Assembly (NCBI GenBank): GCA_964230645.1
Contig: CAXRHT010000003.1
Location: 480,001 to 544,000 of the forward strand
Length of the DNA: 64,000 nucleotides
Direction: 5' to 3'
Origin: Bdellovibrionales bacterium
Lineage (GTDB): Bacteria; Bdellovibrionota; Bdellovibrionia; Bdellovibrionales; JAGQZY01
Every line of letters begins with the position of its first letter. Within the stretch, counting starts at the first letter, position 1. The position numbers and the translations under genes were made by a program. Below, in pieces: positions 9,449 to 23,400 of this stretch. The notes under the pieces are model-generated. The model made no database searches and was not told the origin of the DNA. It saw only the letters and a list, made by a program, of their open reading frames with translations.

Positions 9449-11131
9449 ATGGGGCGCGTGATTTTATTGTTAGCGATGACTGTCTTTCCCGTATTTGGTT
9501 TCGGCCAGACCGGAATCTTGCAGTGGACGGATGCCCATTCCACTTTGGAGACTTTCACCCGTCAAATGGCCGCTATTGATAGTGTTGCCCAAGATTACTA
9601 CCAACGAAATCCTCAAGGTGAGTTTATCATTCATGTAATTGGTGACTTCACTTCGATCACCCCTTTGAGTTCAGAAGATGCTGGATGGTCTTTTTTTCGT
9701 GGATTACGTCTTTTAAAAGAGCGCGGGCACCGGGTGATATTTACCCCTGGCAATCACGATGCCTTTGATTGGTCAGTCAAAGTGGACGGAGCCAAACTTT
9801 TTGAAGAGCAAATGCTTTTTTTGCACCAGACGGGAATAGAAGTGGTGGTTGGTAACCTAAAGGGAGTAAACCCGCAACTTTCCGAGGTGATCAAACCCTT
9901 TGTGAAACTAGAAAACTTTGAAGCACCCACTTTTTTGTTCGGTTTAACTCTGCCAAACTTAATGACCAAATCCAATTTGAATGAAAACTCAGCTCGCACA
10001 ATTTTTTCAGGCCTCATGTCTTACGAAGAATCTATTGAGATGATTCTTGCGGAAAGCAAAAAGCTTGGAGCGGAAAACATAATTCTTGGTGTACATGATG
10101 GTCATGTACGATTGGAGAAAAAAGTCACTGACTTAAAGCAGTCCATGGCCGAAAAAGATTTGAGCATAAAAATTCCTTTAGCCATGGGCGCTCACGATCA
10201 TCAAAGTGTGTCACGAGTACAAGGTGGCACTCATTTTTCTAACAGTGGCTCTCACGGTTCTTTTAGTTTTATTGAACTTAGCCCGCAAGCAGAAGTGAAA
10301 CCAGAGCGGCTCGTTCATATTCGTTTCCAACAGGCGACGGGACGAGAAATGGACTGGAGTCTTTTTGAAGTGGGTGAGGTTGTCGAAAACGATATCACGC
10401 AAGCGGACATTAAAGAGGTGTCGTGGCTTAATGAGTTTGATCGTGAACTCAGTGAGATGATATCAGAGCGAAAGAAAGTTTTATTACAAGAATTAGCTCA
10501 TCTCACCTTCAGTATTCCAGAAGACAAAATGGATATGAAAAAAGGAGTGACTCGGCTTGGAACTCTCATTGCTGATTCCATGGTGCAGTGGGGGGAGTCT
10601 CTCAAATCTCTCGAGCAAAAAGACATTCCTGTTCTGGCTATGACTAATTCTAGTTCCTATAAATTAGAAGAGTCGATTGAAGAGGGTCCGTTAACAGAGA
10701 TGACTCTTCGACAAATGTATCCTTTTTTAAACGAAGCGAGTCTGCATCTTCTAGATGGACACAGCATTGAAATTCTATTTTTAAGTTTGAGGCAATTTTA
10801 TTCCCAATCCAATCCTGAACTTTATAGCCCCCAGATCAGTTCTCTTTTACGAGAGTCTGAAACGGGTGGCCTGCAAGTCCGCTCTAGAAATGGGTTGTGG
10901 GAGAATATTGATCCCAACCGCGAGTATTTTTTAGTGATAGACGGATGGCTTTCTGATCATCGTTTTGGACAGAGTTACCGTATCGATAGTTGGCTAGAGA
11001 TCTTTCAGAATCATGAGCCCCTGGCACAACTTTCTCATCAAGAGATATTGGTGCGCGAGTTTCCTGGTGTGATCACCGCTCACCAACAGGAAATAAATCC
11101 AAAAACACTAACATGCCGTCGAGTTTTCTAA
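9449..11131 (+). CDS. Secreted bifunctional metallophosphatase / 5'-nucleotidase
   Basis: Signal peptide; calcineurin-like motifs TDAHS, GDF, GNHDAFDW, GAHDH; C-terminal 5'-nucleotidase-type segments (LGTLIADSM, MYPF). Confidence 0.85.
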   Translation: MGRVILLLAMTVFPVFGFGQTGILQWTDAHSTLETFTRQMAAIDSVAQDYYQRNPQGEFIIHVIGDFTSITPLSSEDAGWSFFRGLRLLKERGHRVIFTPGNHDAFDWSVKVDGAKLFEEQMLFLHQTGIEVVVGNLKGVNPQLSEVIKPFVKLENFEAPTFLFGLTLPNLMTKSNLNENSARTIFSGLMSYEESIEMILAESKKLGAENIILGVHDGHVRLEKKVTDLKQSMAEKDLSIKIPLAMGAHDHQSVSRVQGGTHFSNSGSHGSFSFIELSPQAEVKPERLVHIRFQQATGREMDWSLFEVGEVVENDITQADIKEVSWLNEFDRELSEMISERKKVLLQELAHLTFSIPEDKMDMKKGVTRLGTLIADSMVQWGESLKSLEQKDIPVLAMTNSSSYKLEESIEEGPLTEMTLRQMYPFLNEASLHLLDGHSIEILFLSLRQFYSQSNPELYSPQISSLLRESETGGLQVRSRNGLWENIDPNREYFLVIDGWLSDHRFGQSYRIDSWLEIFQNHEPLAQLSHQEILVREFPGVITAHQQEINPKTLTCRRVF

Positions 11132-11279
11132 AGCCTTTATAAGCTGTTTCAGATCGAATCAAAAAAGCCATTCGGGTACAGTGGTCTTGAACTGTCAAAA
11201 TCATGACTCACTCTGAAACAAACCTTTTTGTGATTTCTTAAAATTTTGTAAAAAAATCAGTCTTTTAAAGCGATATTAC

Positions 11280-11307
11280 TAAACTAAGACCCTAATTAAG
11301 CCGATAG
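11280..11307 (+). promoter_or_regulatory. Possible sigma28 (FliA) promoter of the giant gene
   Basis: TAAA-N16-GCCGATAG versus consensus TAAA-N15-GCCGATAA, about 100 nt upstream of the start. Confidence 0.45.
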
Positions 11308-11409
11308 GCTAGTCAAAGGTTCAACACGCATAAGGTTTAAATTATCAACAGGAGGGGAAACCTTTTAAAAAAACGGGTGTAAAATAAAGGGGATAGAGTA
11401 GAGGAGTAT

Positions 11410-14400
11410 TTGATACTACGCTTAAGTTTGGCGAAAGCCCGTAATTTTATACTGAGCTGTTTAACTGTGCCGTTCATGGTGGCTTGTATTGCCGATATCA
11501 ATGAACCGCTGAGCAGTAATAATGGGCTACTTGTATTTTCAACATCCACTTCTCCCAGTGATCAAATCAATCAACTCGATTTCGGCGCTACAGCTGCGGC
11601 TCCTGGCCGATCCTTTGAAACCATTTTTCTAATTAATACCGGTGGCAAAGCCATTGATAGTATTAAAACCACTTTAACCGAATCAGAATTTGTTTTTGAA
11701 GGTGGTAATTATCCAGGGATCGGTGGTGATTGTGCAAAAGACCTTTCGCCTGGTGAAGCTTGCTCTATCGTTTTAAGGTTTAATCCTCCAACGACCACGT
11801 CGTACACGGGTGAATTAAATATCACCTACGGTGACTCGGCTGAATTAGTGGCTGCACGCCTTGATCTTAAAGGGCAGGGGACTAATCCCGCTCTACTCAC
11901 TGTGAGTGAAACCGATCCTTACGATTATGGACAACAGCCACTGAATACTTCTGGCGAGCATGTGTTTACCATTTCCAATGTTCCTGATGGAGCGATTGCA
12001 AAAAGAATTACCGAAGTGGCACTGAACCCTCCCTATGAGCTTAAAGGCGGAGAGTGGCCAGGCCTTGGTGGAACCTGTACTGATAAACTTCTCCCAGGGA
12101 ATACCTGTTCGTTTGTTGTGACATTCACACCAACTGTTGTGGGTCCGAATTTGGGTGAAATTAACGTTCAGTATGACAACGGAATAACACAAGTCAGTGC
12201 GGACCGTGATTTAACAGGTGTAGGAGTGATCCCAGCTAACCTCGTAATCGACATGGCTCCTGTTTATGATTTTGGAACTTTAATTATATCTCAAAATGCC
12301 ACCTTTACTTTTACGGTAACAAACGCGGGTGGCCTTGATGCTACCTCAATGACAGGGGCGGGATTGGTTTTTCCTTTTAACTTCACTGGCGGATCTTATC
12401 CGGGCGCTGGTGGAGATTGTGGTACCACCCTCACTCCTTCTGCGACTTGTACGATTGAAGTGCAGTTTGCTCCAATTAATCCAGGCTCTTTTACTAGCAC
12501 ACTTGAGATTCCTTATAATAACGGCGCTGTTTTAGATACTGCCACTCGTGATATCCAAGGGGCGGCAGTGACCCCGGCTCTTCTTACCATCAGTGACGGA
12601 CCGACTCTCGATTTTGGCGTCACCGCTATTGGAAGCTCGCTGACTCATGCTTTTACTGTGACTAACTCGGGTGGTTCACAAGCCACAGCCATTCTTGATA
12701 CAGGTGCTTTAGCCGCACCCTTTGATTACTCCGGTGTGGGGTATCCTGGTATTGGAGGCGACTGTAACGTGACTCTTGCTCCGGGGGCAAGTTGTACACT
12801 AGTGCTTGAGTTTGCTCCAACAGTGGCCAACATCTATAACGATCAATTAGAAATTTCATATAATGATGGACTCAGTGGACAGCTCGCTCAAAGGGACATT
12901 CAGGGAACAGGGGTGATTCCTGCTACCTTAACAATTACGGAAACGGATCCTTACAACTATGGGTCTATCCCTACGGGTGGATTTATTACCCATACTTTCA
13001 CCGTTGCAAATACGGGTGGTTTTTCAGCTAGTAGTATAGCTGAAGTGGGGCTTGCGGCACCTTTCGAATTCTCTGGTGGAGCTTTTCCAGGAGCCGGCGG
13101 GGACTGCACAGCGACTTTACTTCCTGGAGACTCTTGTACATTAGAAATTAACTTTTCACCCACAGTCACTGGATTACAACAAGATACGATCGCTCTGAAT
13201 TACTTTGATGGGGCTACCAACCAAACAGTGAATAGAGATGTTGAAGGCTCGGGTGTGACACCCGCTTCTTTGAGTATTAATGAAGCACCTCTTTTTGATT
13301 ATGGGTCTCCTGTTTTAGGGTCACAAACCGACCATACCTTCAATGTTAGTAACACTGGTGGATTCGCCGCTTCTAGTATCGTTGGCGGAGGACTTCTTCC
13401 TCCTTACGAATATAAAGACGGAAGTTATCCAGGAACGGGAGGAAGTTGTACTAATACAATTGCTGCCGGTTCTACTTGTTCGATTGTGGTGACTTATTCT
13501 CCGACCGTGGTGGGAGTTGATAATGATACTATCGAGATTGATTATTTTGACGGAGTGAACTCGCAAACCGCCACTCGCGATATAACTGGAACGGGTGTGG
13601 TTCCAGCCTTTCTGACTTTAACAGAAGCGCCACTTTATGATTACGGAACAAGAGCTGTGGGTTCAAGCAATCTTCATATTTTCACAGTCAATAACGTGGG
13701 GGGTGCTCCTGCGACAAGCCTTGCTGAAATTGGCCTAGCCGCTCCCTATCAGTTTGTTGGAAGCGCTTATCCAGGAACCGGTGGGGATTGTGGTACCACC
13801 CTCGGTGCTGGCGCAAGCTGTACTCTCTATATTGAGTTTGCACCCACTGTGATTGGAAATTACAACGATCAAATACAGCTTGATTATTTTGATGGTGCAG
13901 CTTTGCAACAAGTCACTCGTGATGTAACGGGGAATGGAGCCGCTCCCGCGAGTCTTTCGATTTCAGAGGCACCGACTTATGATTTTGGAAATGTTGCAAT
14001 TGGTGGGCAAGACACACACTCTTTGGTTATTACAAATAGTGGTGGAGTTCCCGCGGTTTCACTCTCTGGTTCCACACTGACGCTTCCCTTTGATTATGAA
14101 GGCAGTACTTATCCTGGATTGAGTGGTGATTGTACTGCTACTTTGGCTCCGGGTGCCACCTGTAGTATTTCCCTAAGTTTTTCTCCGACGGCATTAACAA
14201 CATCCAATGACACTTTCACTTTGAGTTATAACGATGGTGTAGGTGGTCAAAGCGTTCCTCGCGATGTCACGGGCACGGGGGTGAACCCTGCGCAATTAGC
14301 GATCGATCAGGGACCGACTTTTGATTACGGGACTCTAGCCACTGGAAGTGCCCAGGTAAATCTGTTTACAGTTTCAAACTCTGGTGATGTCACAGCCAAT

Positions 14401-17400
14401 AATATAGCTGTCGTGAATCCTCTCGGTCTTCCTTTTCAGTATGAGGGGGGAACTTATCCAGGAACGTCAGGAAATTGTGGAACAAGTCTTGCCTCCGGTG
14501 CCACTTGTAGTATTGCCGTTGAATATGCACCTACGGCCACAGGCAGTCACTCGGATACGATCGATATTCAGTATGATAATGGTGCCATTGTTACAAATAC
14601 GACAAGAGATGTGCAAGGGAATGGGGTTAATCCGGCACTACTAGTGATCGATCAGTCTCCTCTTTACAATTTTGGTTCCGTTCCAACAGGAGCCACTCGT
14701 ACATTTATTTTCACAATGACTAATACCGGAAGCTTTTTAGCCAGTGGGCTTTCAGGAGCGGGTCTAACTCCACCGTTCACCTATTCCGGTGGCTCCTTCC
14801 CTGGTACTGGTGGGGATTGCGCGGCTACTTTGGCGGCGAGTAGTAGTTGTCAGATCGAAGTGCTTTATTCACCGACGAATGTTGCTACCCACACAGCGAC
14901 TATGGATGTGAACTATTTTGATGGAGCCAATAATCAAAATAGTCTGCGGGATTTACAAGGAACAGGAGTGGCTCCAGCACTCCTAGAAATTTCTAATGCT
15001 CCAAGCTTTAACTTTGGAACAGTAGCAACCGGTTCTATTAACACCCAAGTACTAACCGTGAGTAACTCTGGTGGGTTTCAAGCCACTGCGATTGCTGATA
15101 ATCTGGGGCTCGCAGCTCCATTTAGTTTTTCAGGGGGAACATTCCCTGGAGTCGGTGGAGATTGTGCGGCCACACTTGCTGCTGGAAGTACATGTCTTAT
15201 TGAAGTTAGTTATAACCCCGTTGCACCAGCTTCTGATAGCGACACCATCGATATTGCCTACAATAACGGAGTCTCTGCTCAAAACGCTCTAAGAGATTTA
15301 TTAGGTGTGGCTGTGAACCCCGCCGTCATTGATATTACGGAAACAGATCCCTATGACTTCGGTACAATAGCGACAGGTGGAATTCGCACTCATATTTTTA
15401 CATTATCAAATTCCGGTGGAATCACTGCTACGGGAGTAGCAGAAGTTGGACTGGCGGCTCCTTTTGCTTTTACGGGCGGAGCTTTTCCTGGAACCAACGG
15501 AGATTGTACTAGTAGTATCGCCAACGGTGCTTCTTGTGATATCGAGATTGCCTACCAGCCGACTGTGACCGGGACGCAAACAGACTCAATTGAAATTCAG
15601 TACAATGATGGCTCAGGAAGTGTAAGCTCACTAAGACAAATTCAAGGAACGGGTGCTGCCCCAGCTTCCATTACAATCACCGAAACCGATCCTTATGATT
15701 ATGGAACTTTGGCTCAAGGGGGCTCAGCCACTCATACCTTTACTCTTACCAACGCGGGTGGTGTTGATGCCACAGTGATGAGTGGTGGAGGATTAGGAGC
15801 TCCTTTTAGTTTCACTGGTGGTTCCTACCCAGGTGCCGGTGGTGATTGTGGAGCGACCCTTGTTCCCGCTGCAACTTGTTTGATCGAAGTGCAATTTGCA
15901 CCGACCACCGCTGCTGTTTTTAACGACACGATTGATATCAATTATTTTGATGGGGCTAACAACGTCACTTCCGCTCGTGATATCACGGGAACTGGTGCAG
16001 CTCCCGCTCTTCTAACGATCAGTGAATCCAATCCCTATAACTTTGGACTCATCGCCAATGGCGGAAGTGTCTCCCATAGTTTTACAATTTCAAATGCCGG
16101 TGGTGTTCCAGCGACGGCTGTTGCCGAGGTGGGCTTAAGTGCTCCGTTTAATTATTTAGGAGGAAGCTTCCCAGGAACCGGTGGTGATTGTGGTGCAACG
16201 ATTGGAGTGGGTGCGAGTTGTACGATTCGCGTGGCCTTTCAACCAACAGCGACCGGGGTTTTCCCAGATACCATTGATTTTACCTATAACAATGGTTCTG
16301 CGGTGGTGAATTCCACACGCGATGTTCAGGGAACAGCGACCGCTCCTGCTAGTATAGCCATTAGTGAGACCGATCCTTATAATTACGGTACAAGAGCTGT
16401 CGGTTCTGTGACCTCTCATATTTTTAGTTTAACAAACTCCGGGGGTGTTTCTGCCACGGCGATTGCCGATGCTGGTGGACTTGCCGCTCCTTTTTCCTAT
16501 GTGGGAGGAAGTTTTCCTGGAACAGGCGGGGACTGTGGAGCGACACTAGCCGCTCTAGCTAGCTGTAATATTGAAGTTATTTATAGTCCAACAGCCGCTG
16601 TTACAGACACCGATACCATCGATGTTAATTATAATGATGGAACGGGTGCTACCAACACCACAAGAGATGTGACTGGAACAGGAGCTCTACCCGCCAACCT
16701 CTCAATCACTGAAACCGATCCTTTTGATTTTGGCTCGGTCACCGTGGGCTCTAGTCAAACCCATATCTTTACCATTTCCAATGGTGGTGGTGTGGCTGCA
16801 ACGACGATCAGTGAAGTTGGTTTAGCGCCACCTTTTGCCTTTGCTGGTGGTGGAGGGTTTCCAGGAGCTGGTGGTACATGTACTGCGACCCTTGGTGCGA
16901 GTGCGTCTTGTGATGTGGTTGTTGAATTCACTCCAGCGGGTTCTGGATTTGTTTCCGATACGATCGATTTTAGCTATTTTGATGGAGTTAACACTCAAAA
17001 TGTTACTCGAAATATTCAAGCCACAGGCCTTGTGCCAGCGACCTTAAGTATTTCAGAGCTTGATCCCTATGATTACGGAACAAGGCCCACAGGAAGCATC
17101 AATCAACATGTTTTTGTTGTTACCAACACTGGTGGAACTCAGGCTTCAGGAATGGCCGGTGCGGGACTCAATGCACCTTTCCGATTTGAGGGGGGCTCTT
17201 ACCCTGGAACCTCTGGAAGTTGTGCTGCTACGTTGGCTGTTGGAGCCAGTTGTAATCTTGTTGTAGAATATGCTCCCGTGGCTGTGAGCCCTAGTGACAC
17301 AGATACCATCGACATGAACTACTTTGATGGAGCTAATTCTCAGGTCAGCTCAAGAGACCTTGTCGGAGTGGCTGTGACTCCAGCCCTACTCACTATTAGT

Positions 17401-20400
17401 GAATCCGATCCTTATAGTTACGGAACACTAGCGACAGGTGCTTCTCGGGCCCATAGTTTTACAATATCAAATACGGGCGGAAGCCAGGCGACAGCGATTG
17501 CTGAGAGCACTGTAGCAGCGCCTTTCCGTTACACCGGAGCTGGAAATACTTTTCCAGGAGCTGCGGGTGATTGTGGCACGACTCTAGCCGCTGGTGCGAC
17601 TTGTACGATTGAAGTGGAGTATGCTCCCACAGTTGTGAATGCCAGTGACGCTGGAACGATTACTTTTGGTTACAACAATGGTGTTTCTGTACAAGGTGTG
17701 GCGAGGACTCTCAGTGGTGTTGCAGTAACACCAGCGAGCATCACCATGGATCAAGGCGATCCCTACAATTATGGAACAGTGGCTCAGGGAGCCAGTCGCA
17801 ATGTTGTTATCACCCTTACAAATGGTGGTGGATTTAATGCGACAAGCTTAACGGAAATCACTCTCGGAGGAGATTTTGATTTTACCGGTGCTGGCTTTCC
17901 GGGTACAGGTGGCAACTGTACAGCGACTTTAACAAGTGGTGCGACTTGCACAATTGAAGTGGCTTTTTCTCCTTCAAGCACAGGGGCATTGGCTGGAACC
18001 TTGAGCCTGCAATACAACAATGGGGTTTCCGTTGTTACGGAAACAAAAGCTTTGAGTGGAACCGGTGCTGCCCCCGCACTTATTACAATCAGTGGGACGG
18101 ATCCCGTGGATTTTGGAACTGTCACCCAGGGCTCGAACACAACAATACTTTTAACAGTGAATAATACGGGAGCGGTGAATGCCACAGGAATCAGTGGTGG
18201 TGGACTTGCGGCTCCTTTTGGCTTTACCGGTGGAACCTATCCGGGCCTCGGTGGAACTTGTGGAGATCCCATTCTTCCCTCCACTCCTTGTAATATTGAA
18301 ATTCAATTCTCTCCCACAACGGCTGTGGTAAGTAATGGCCAAGTAGATATAAATTACAATAATGGTGTGGGACCACAAACCACCACAAGAACTCTTGTTG
18401 GTGAGGGTGTGGCGCCAGCCCTTCTCACCATCTCTGGTGTTGATCCTTATGATTTCGGAACGATCGCTAACGGGGGAGGGATAGCCTCCGTTGCTTTCAC
18501 AATTAATAATATCGGTTCTAGTAGTGCCACGGCAATCAATGAAACCACCCTTGGTGGTGACTTTGATTTCTATTTAGCGGGTTACCCTGGAAGCGGTGGA
18601 ACTTGTGGAGCCAGTTTACCGGCGGGTGGAAGTTGTAATGTCGTTCTCGAATTTACACCGACAAGCCTTGGACCCCTCTCTTCTACTTTTACTCTACAAT
18701 ATAATGATGGAGCGGCAGTACAAACGGAAAGTAAAGATCTGCAAGGTGTGGGTGGCGCGCCCGCTCTTCTCGATATAGCAAGCAGTGATCCTCATGATTT
18801 TGGAACTGCGGCTATTGGCTCGACCAATACGGTTATATTAACAATATCTAATGGTGGTGCTGTTTCTGCTACTGGCATGGCTGCTGTGGCGAGCTTAAGT
18901 CCTCCCTTTAATTACACAGGTGTTGGGTATCCTGGAACAAATGGAACTTGCGGGACCTCACTTGCGACAAGTGCCACATGTGATATTGAAGTTCAGTGGG
19001 TGCCAGCAGCACTTGGACCGCAAACCCAAAATATAAGCATTAACTACAATGATGGAACTGGAGCTACCAATTTCACCCACGGCGTTCAAGGAACAGGAGC
19101 GAATCCTGCGCAACTTGCTATTCAAGGCGTTGATCCGGCTGATTTCGGTAATGTAACTCAAGGTGATACTCAAACCCTGATTCTTACGGTGGAAAATACT
19201 GGAGATGTGAATGCCACTGGAATTACTGAGACTGGCTTAGCGGGAGACTACGCTTTTACAGCTCCGGGTACTTTCCCTGGGGGTGCTGGAACTTGCACAA
19301 CAACGATCACCAATGGAAGTACGTGTACGATCGAAGTGCAAGTGACTCCTTCGAGCACTGGAATAATTCCAGGAACAATCACCTTTGATTATAATAACGG
19401 TGCAAACAACACATCCTACTCCCACGGGTTGACGACCAATGGGTTGGCTCCGGCCGTTCTTGCTATCACACCAGGGCCTGGAAACTATGATTTTGGTACA
19501 AGACCTGTAGGTTCTACGAACTCAAACACTTTCACGTTAACAAATAGTGGAGGAAGTGCGGCCACACTTATTGTGGGTGGCGGATTAAGCGCACCTTTTA
19601 CCTACAGTGGCGGAAGTTTCCCTGGTGGAGGAACTTGTACAGGAACTCTTGCTTCTGGAAGTTCATGTACCTTTGTGGCTGACTATCTTCCGGTGGCTGC
19701 CAATGGTGCAGAGTCCGATACAATTACTATTGATTACAATGATGGCGCGGCCGCTCAACAGATTACTTTAGGCCTTGATGCTGTTTCGCAAACTCGTGCT
19801 ACCCTCACAATCAGTGAAAGTGACCCTTATAATTATGGAACTCTAGCCACTGGGGCTACAAGAGCTCACAGTTTTACGATTTCTAACACAGGTGAATTTC
19901 AAGCAGGAGCTATCACAGAAACCACAGTGGCGGCTCCTTTTAGATACACTGGAGCTGGCAACACCTATCCTGGAGCGGCGGGAGATTGTGGAGCAACCCT
20001 TGCTGGTGGCGCAACTTGTACGATTGAAGTGGAATACGCTCCTACATTAGTGAGTGCCGGAGATTCTGGGACTATTACTTTTGGGTACAATGACGGTGTT
20101 GCCGTTCAAAGTGTTGCGCGCACACTTAGTGGTGTTGCGGTCACACCCGCTAGTATTACCATGGATCAGGGCGACCCTTATAATTTCGGAACAGTGGCAC
20201 AAGGTGCTTCTCGTAATGTATTGATCACTCTGACTAACGGAGGCGGATTTGGTGCAACCAGCATTACAGAGACCACTTTGGGTGGTGATTTTGATTTTAC
20301 CGGCGCTGGTTTTCCTGGAACCGGTGGTAACTGTACGACTTCTTTATTAAGTGGTGCAAGTTGTACGATCGAAGTGCAATTTGCGCCAGCAAGTACGGGT

Positions 20401-23400
20401 GCTTTAGCTGGAACTTTATCAATACAATATAATAACGGTGTTACCACGGTGACAGAAACTAAAGCCCTGAGTGGATCAGGTGCTGCTCCTGCATTGATCA
20501 CAATCAGTGGAACAGATCCTGTGGATCTTGGTAATGTAACCCAAGGTTCAAATTCTACGGTTATATTAACAGTCAACAACACCGGAGCGGTCAACGCTAC
20601 GGGAATTAGTGGTGGAGGCCTTTCTGCTCCCTTTGGATTTACGGGTGGGTCTTATCCTGGAACTGGTGGAACTTGTGGAGATCCGATTCTCCCTTCCACC
20701 CCTTGTACCATCGAATTACAATTCTCTCCTACGACGGCTGTTGTTAGTAACGGACAAGTCGATATTAACTATAACAACGGCGTTGGACCACAAACGACGA
20801 CTAGAACTCTCGTAGGTACCGGTGTGGCTCCAGCCCTTCTTACACTCTCTGGTGTTGATCCTTACGATTTTGGAACTCTTGCTAATGGCGGTGGAATTGC
20901 CGCGGTGACAGTAACGGTTGATAACATTGGATCAAGCAGTGCAACTGCCATGAGTGAGACAACTCTTGGTGGAGATTTCGATTTTTATCTTTCCGGTTAT
21001 CCAGGAAATGGTGGAACTTGTGGAGCGAGCCTTCCTGCAGGATCGAACTGTACAGTGGTGTTGGAATTTACCCCTACAAGTCTTGGACCTCTCTCTTCTA
21101 CGTTCACTCTGCAATATAATGATGGTGCCGCGGTTCAGACAGAGAGCAAAGCTTTACAAGGTGTGGGTGGCGCGCCAGCGCTACTTGATATAGCCACCAG
21201 TGATCCTCATGACTTTGGAACCAGAGCGATTGGATCTACCAATACTGTTATTTTAACAGTAACCAATGGCGGAGCCGTGGCTGCTACCACAATCGCTGAT
21301 GCAGCCACACTCAGTCCTCCATTTAATTACACAGGGACGGGATATCCTGGAACCAATGGAACTTGTGGAGTGAGTTTAAATAGTGGAGCCAGTTGTGATC
21401 TTGAAGTGCAATGGGTTCCGGCTTCAACAGGTGTGCAGAATCAGAATATCACTCTCAATTATAATGACGGAACGGGAGCGACCAGTTTTGTTCACGGTCT
21501 GCAAGGAACGGGAGCGAATCCAGCTCAGCTAGCCATTCAAGGAGTTGATCCAGCCGATTTTGGAAACGTCACTCAAGGGGATACTCAAATTCTTATTTTA
21601 ACAGTTGAGAACACAGGCTCTGTTAATGCCACAGGCATCGCGGAAACAGGATTGGCCGGAGACTATGCTTTCACAGCTCCTGGTACTTTCCCAGGTGGTG
21701 CTGGAACTTGTACAACAACCATAACCAATGGAAGTACTTGTACTATTGAAGTTCAAGTGACGCCTTCTAGTACTGGTATTATTCCAGGAACGATCACCTT
21801 TGATTATAATAACGGCGCTAATAACACTTCTTACTCTCACGGTTTAACAACTAACGGTCTGGCACCTGCTGTTCTTGCCATTACGCCAGGGCCTGGCAAT
21901 TATAATTTTGGAACAAGACCTGTTGGCTCAACAAACTCAAATACTTTTACCTTAACAAATAGTGGTGGAAGTGCCGCTTCATTAATTATAGGTGGAGGCT
22001 TAAGTGCTCCTTTTACCTATAGTGGTGGAAGTTTTCCCGGCGGAGGAACTTGTACAGGAACATTAGCTTCGGGAAGCTCATGTACCTTTATAGTTGATTA
22101 TTTACCGACTGTAGCTAATGGAGCAGAAACAGACACGATCACAGTGGATTACAATGACGGCGCGGCCGCTCAGCAAATTACTTTAGGACTTGATGCTGTT
22201 TCACAAACTCGCGCCACACTCACAATCAGTGAAAGTGATCCTTACAATTACGGAACCTTGGCCACCGGAGCCACGAGAGCTCACAGTTTTACAATTTCAA
22301 ATACTGGTGAATTTCAAGCCAGTGCCATTGGTGAAAGCACTGTCGCCGCTCCTTTTAGATACACAGGAGCCGGCAATATTTATCCTGGAGCGGCTGGAGA
22401 TTGTGGCGCCACGCTTGCTGGTGGTGCGACATGTACCATTGAAGTGGAATACGCTCCAACACTAGTCAGTGCGGGAGATGCTGGAACAATTACTTTTGGA
22501 TACAATGATGGTGTCGCGGTTCAAAGTGTTGCGCGCACTCTCAGTGGAGTGGCTGTCACCCCTGCTAGTATTACAATGGATCAGGGAGACCCCTACAATT
22601 TCGGAACGGTGGCACAAGGCGCTTCTCGCCCCGTTATAATTACGCTGACAAATGGTGGTGGCTTTGGTGCCACAAGCATTACCGAGACCACCCTTGGGGG
22701 TGACTTTGATTTTACAGGCGCTGGTTTCCCTGGAACGGGTGGAAATTGTACGGCTTCTTTACTAAGTGGTGCTAGTTGTACTATCGAAGTGGAATTTGCT
22801 CCAACGGTTACAGGAGCCTTGGCAGGCACTTTAACTGTTCAATATAACAATGGTGTTTCAACGGTAACAGAAACGAAAGCTTTAAGTGGTAATGGTGCCG
22901 CGCCGGCTCTTATCACGATTAGTGGTACAGACCCTGTCGATTTTGGAAGTGTCACTCAGGGCGCCAGCAACACCTTACTTCTAACAGTAAACAATACGGG
23001 CGCTGTCAATGCCACAGGAATTAGTGGCGGAGGACTGGCTGCTCCTTTTGGATTTACTGGAGGCTCTTATCCTGGAAGTGGTGGAACCTGTGGAGATCCC
23101 ATTCTCCCATCCACTCCATGTACTATCGAATTACAATTTTCTCCCACAACGGCTGTTGTCAGTAACGGCCAAGTGGACATTAACTATAATAACGGTGTAG
23201 GACCGCAAACAACCACAAGAACTCTTGTGGGTACTGGTGTTGCGCCTGCTTTACTCACTTTCTCAGGTACTGATCCCTATGATTTTGGCACTATTGCCAA
23301 CGGCGGTGGAATTGCTTCGGTGACAGTGACCGTTGATAATATTGGGGCCAGCAGTGCTACGGCTATGAATGAAACCACTCTTAGTGGTGATTTTGATTTT

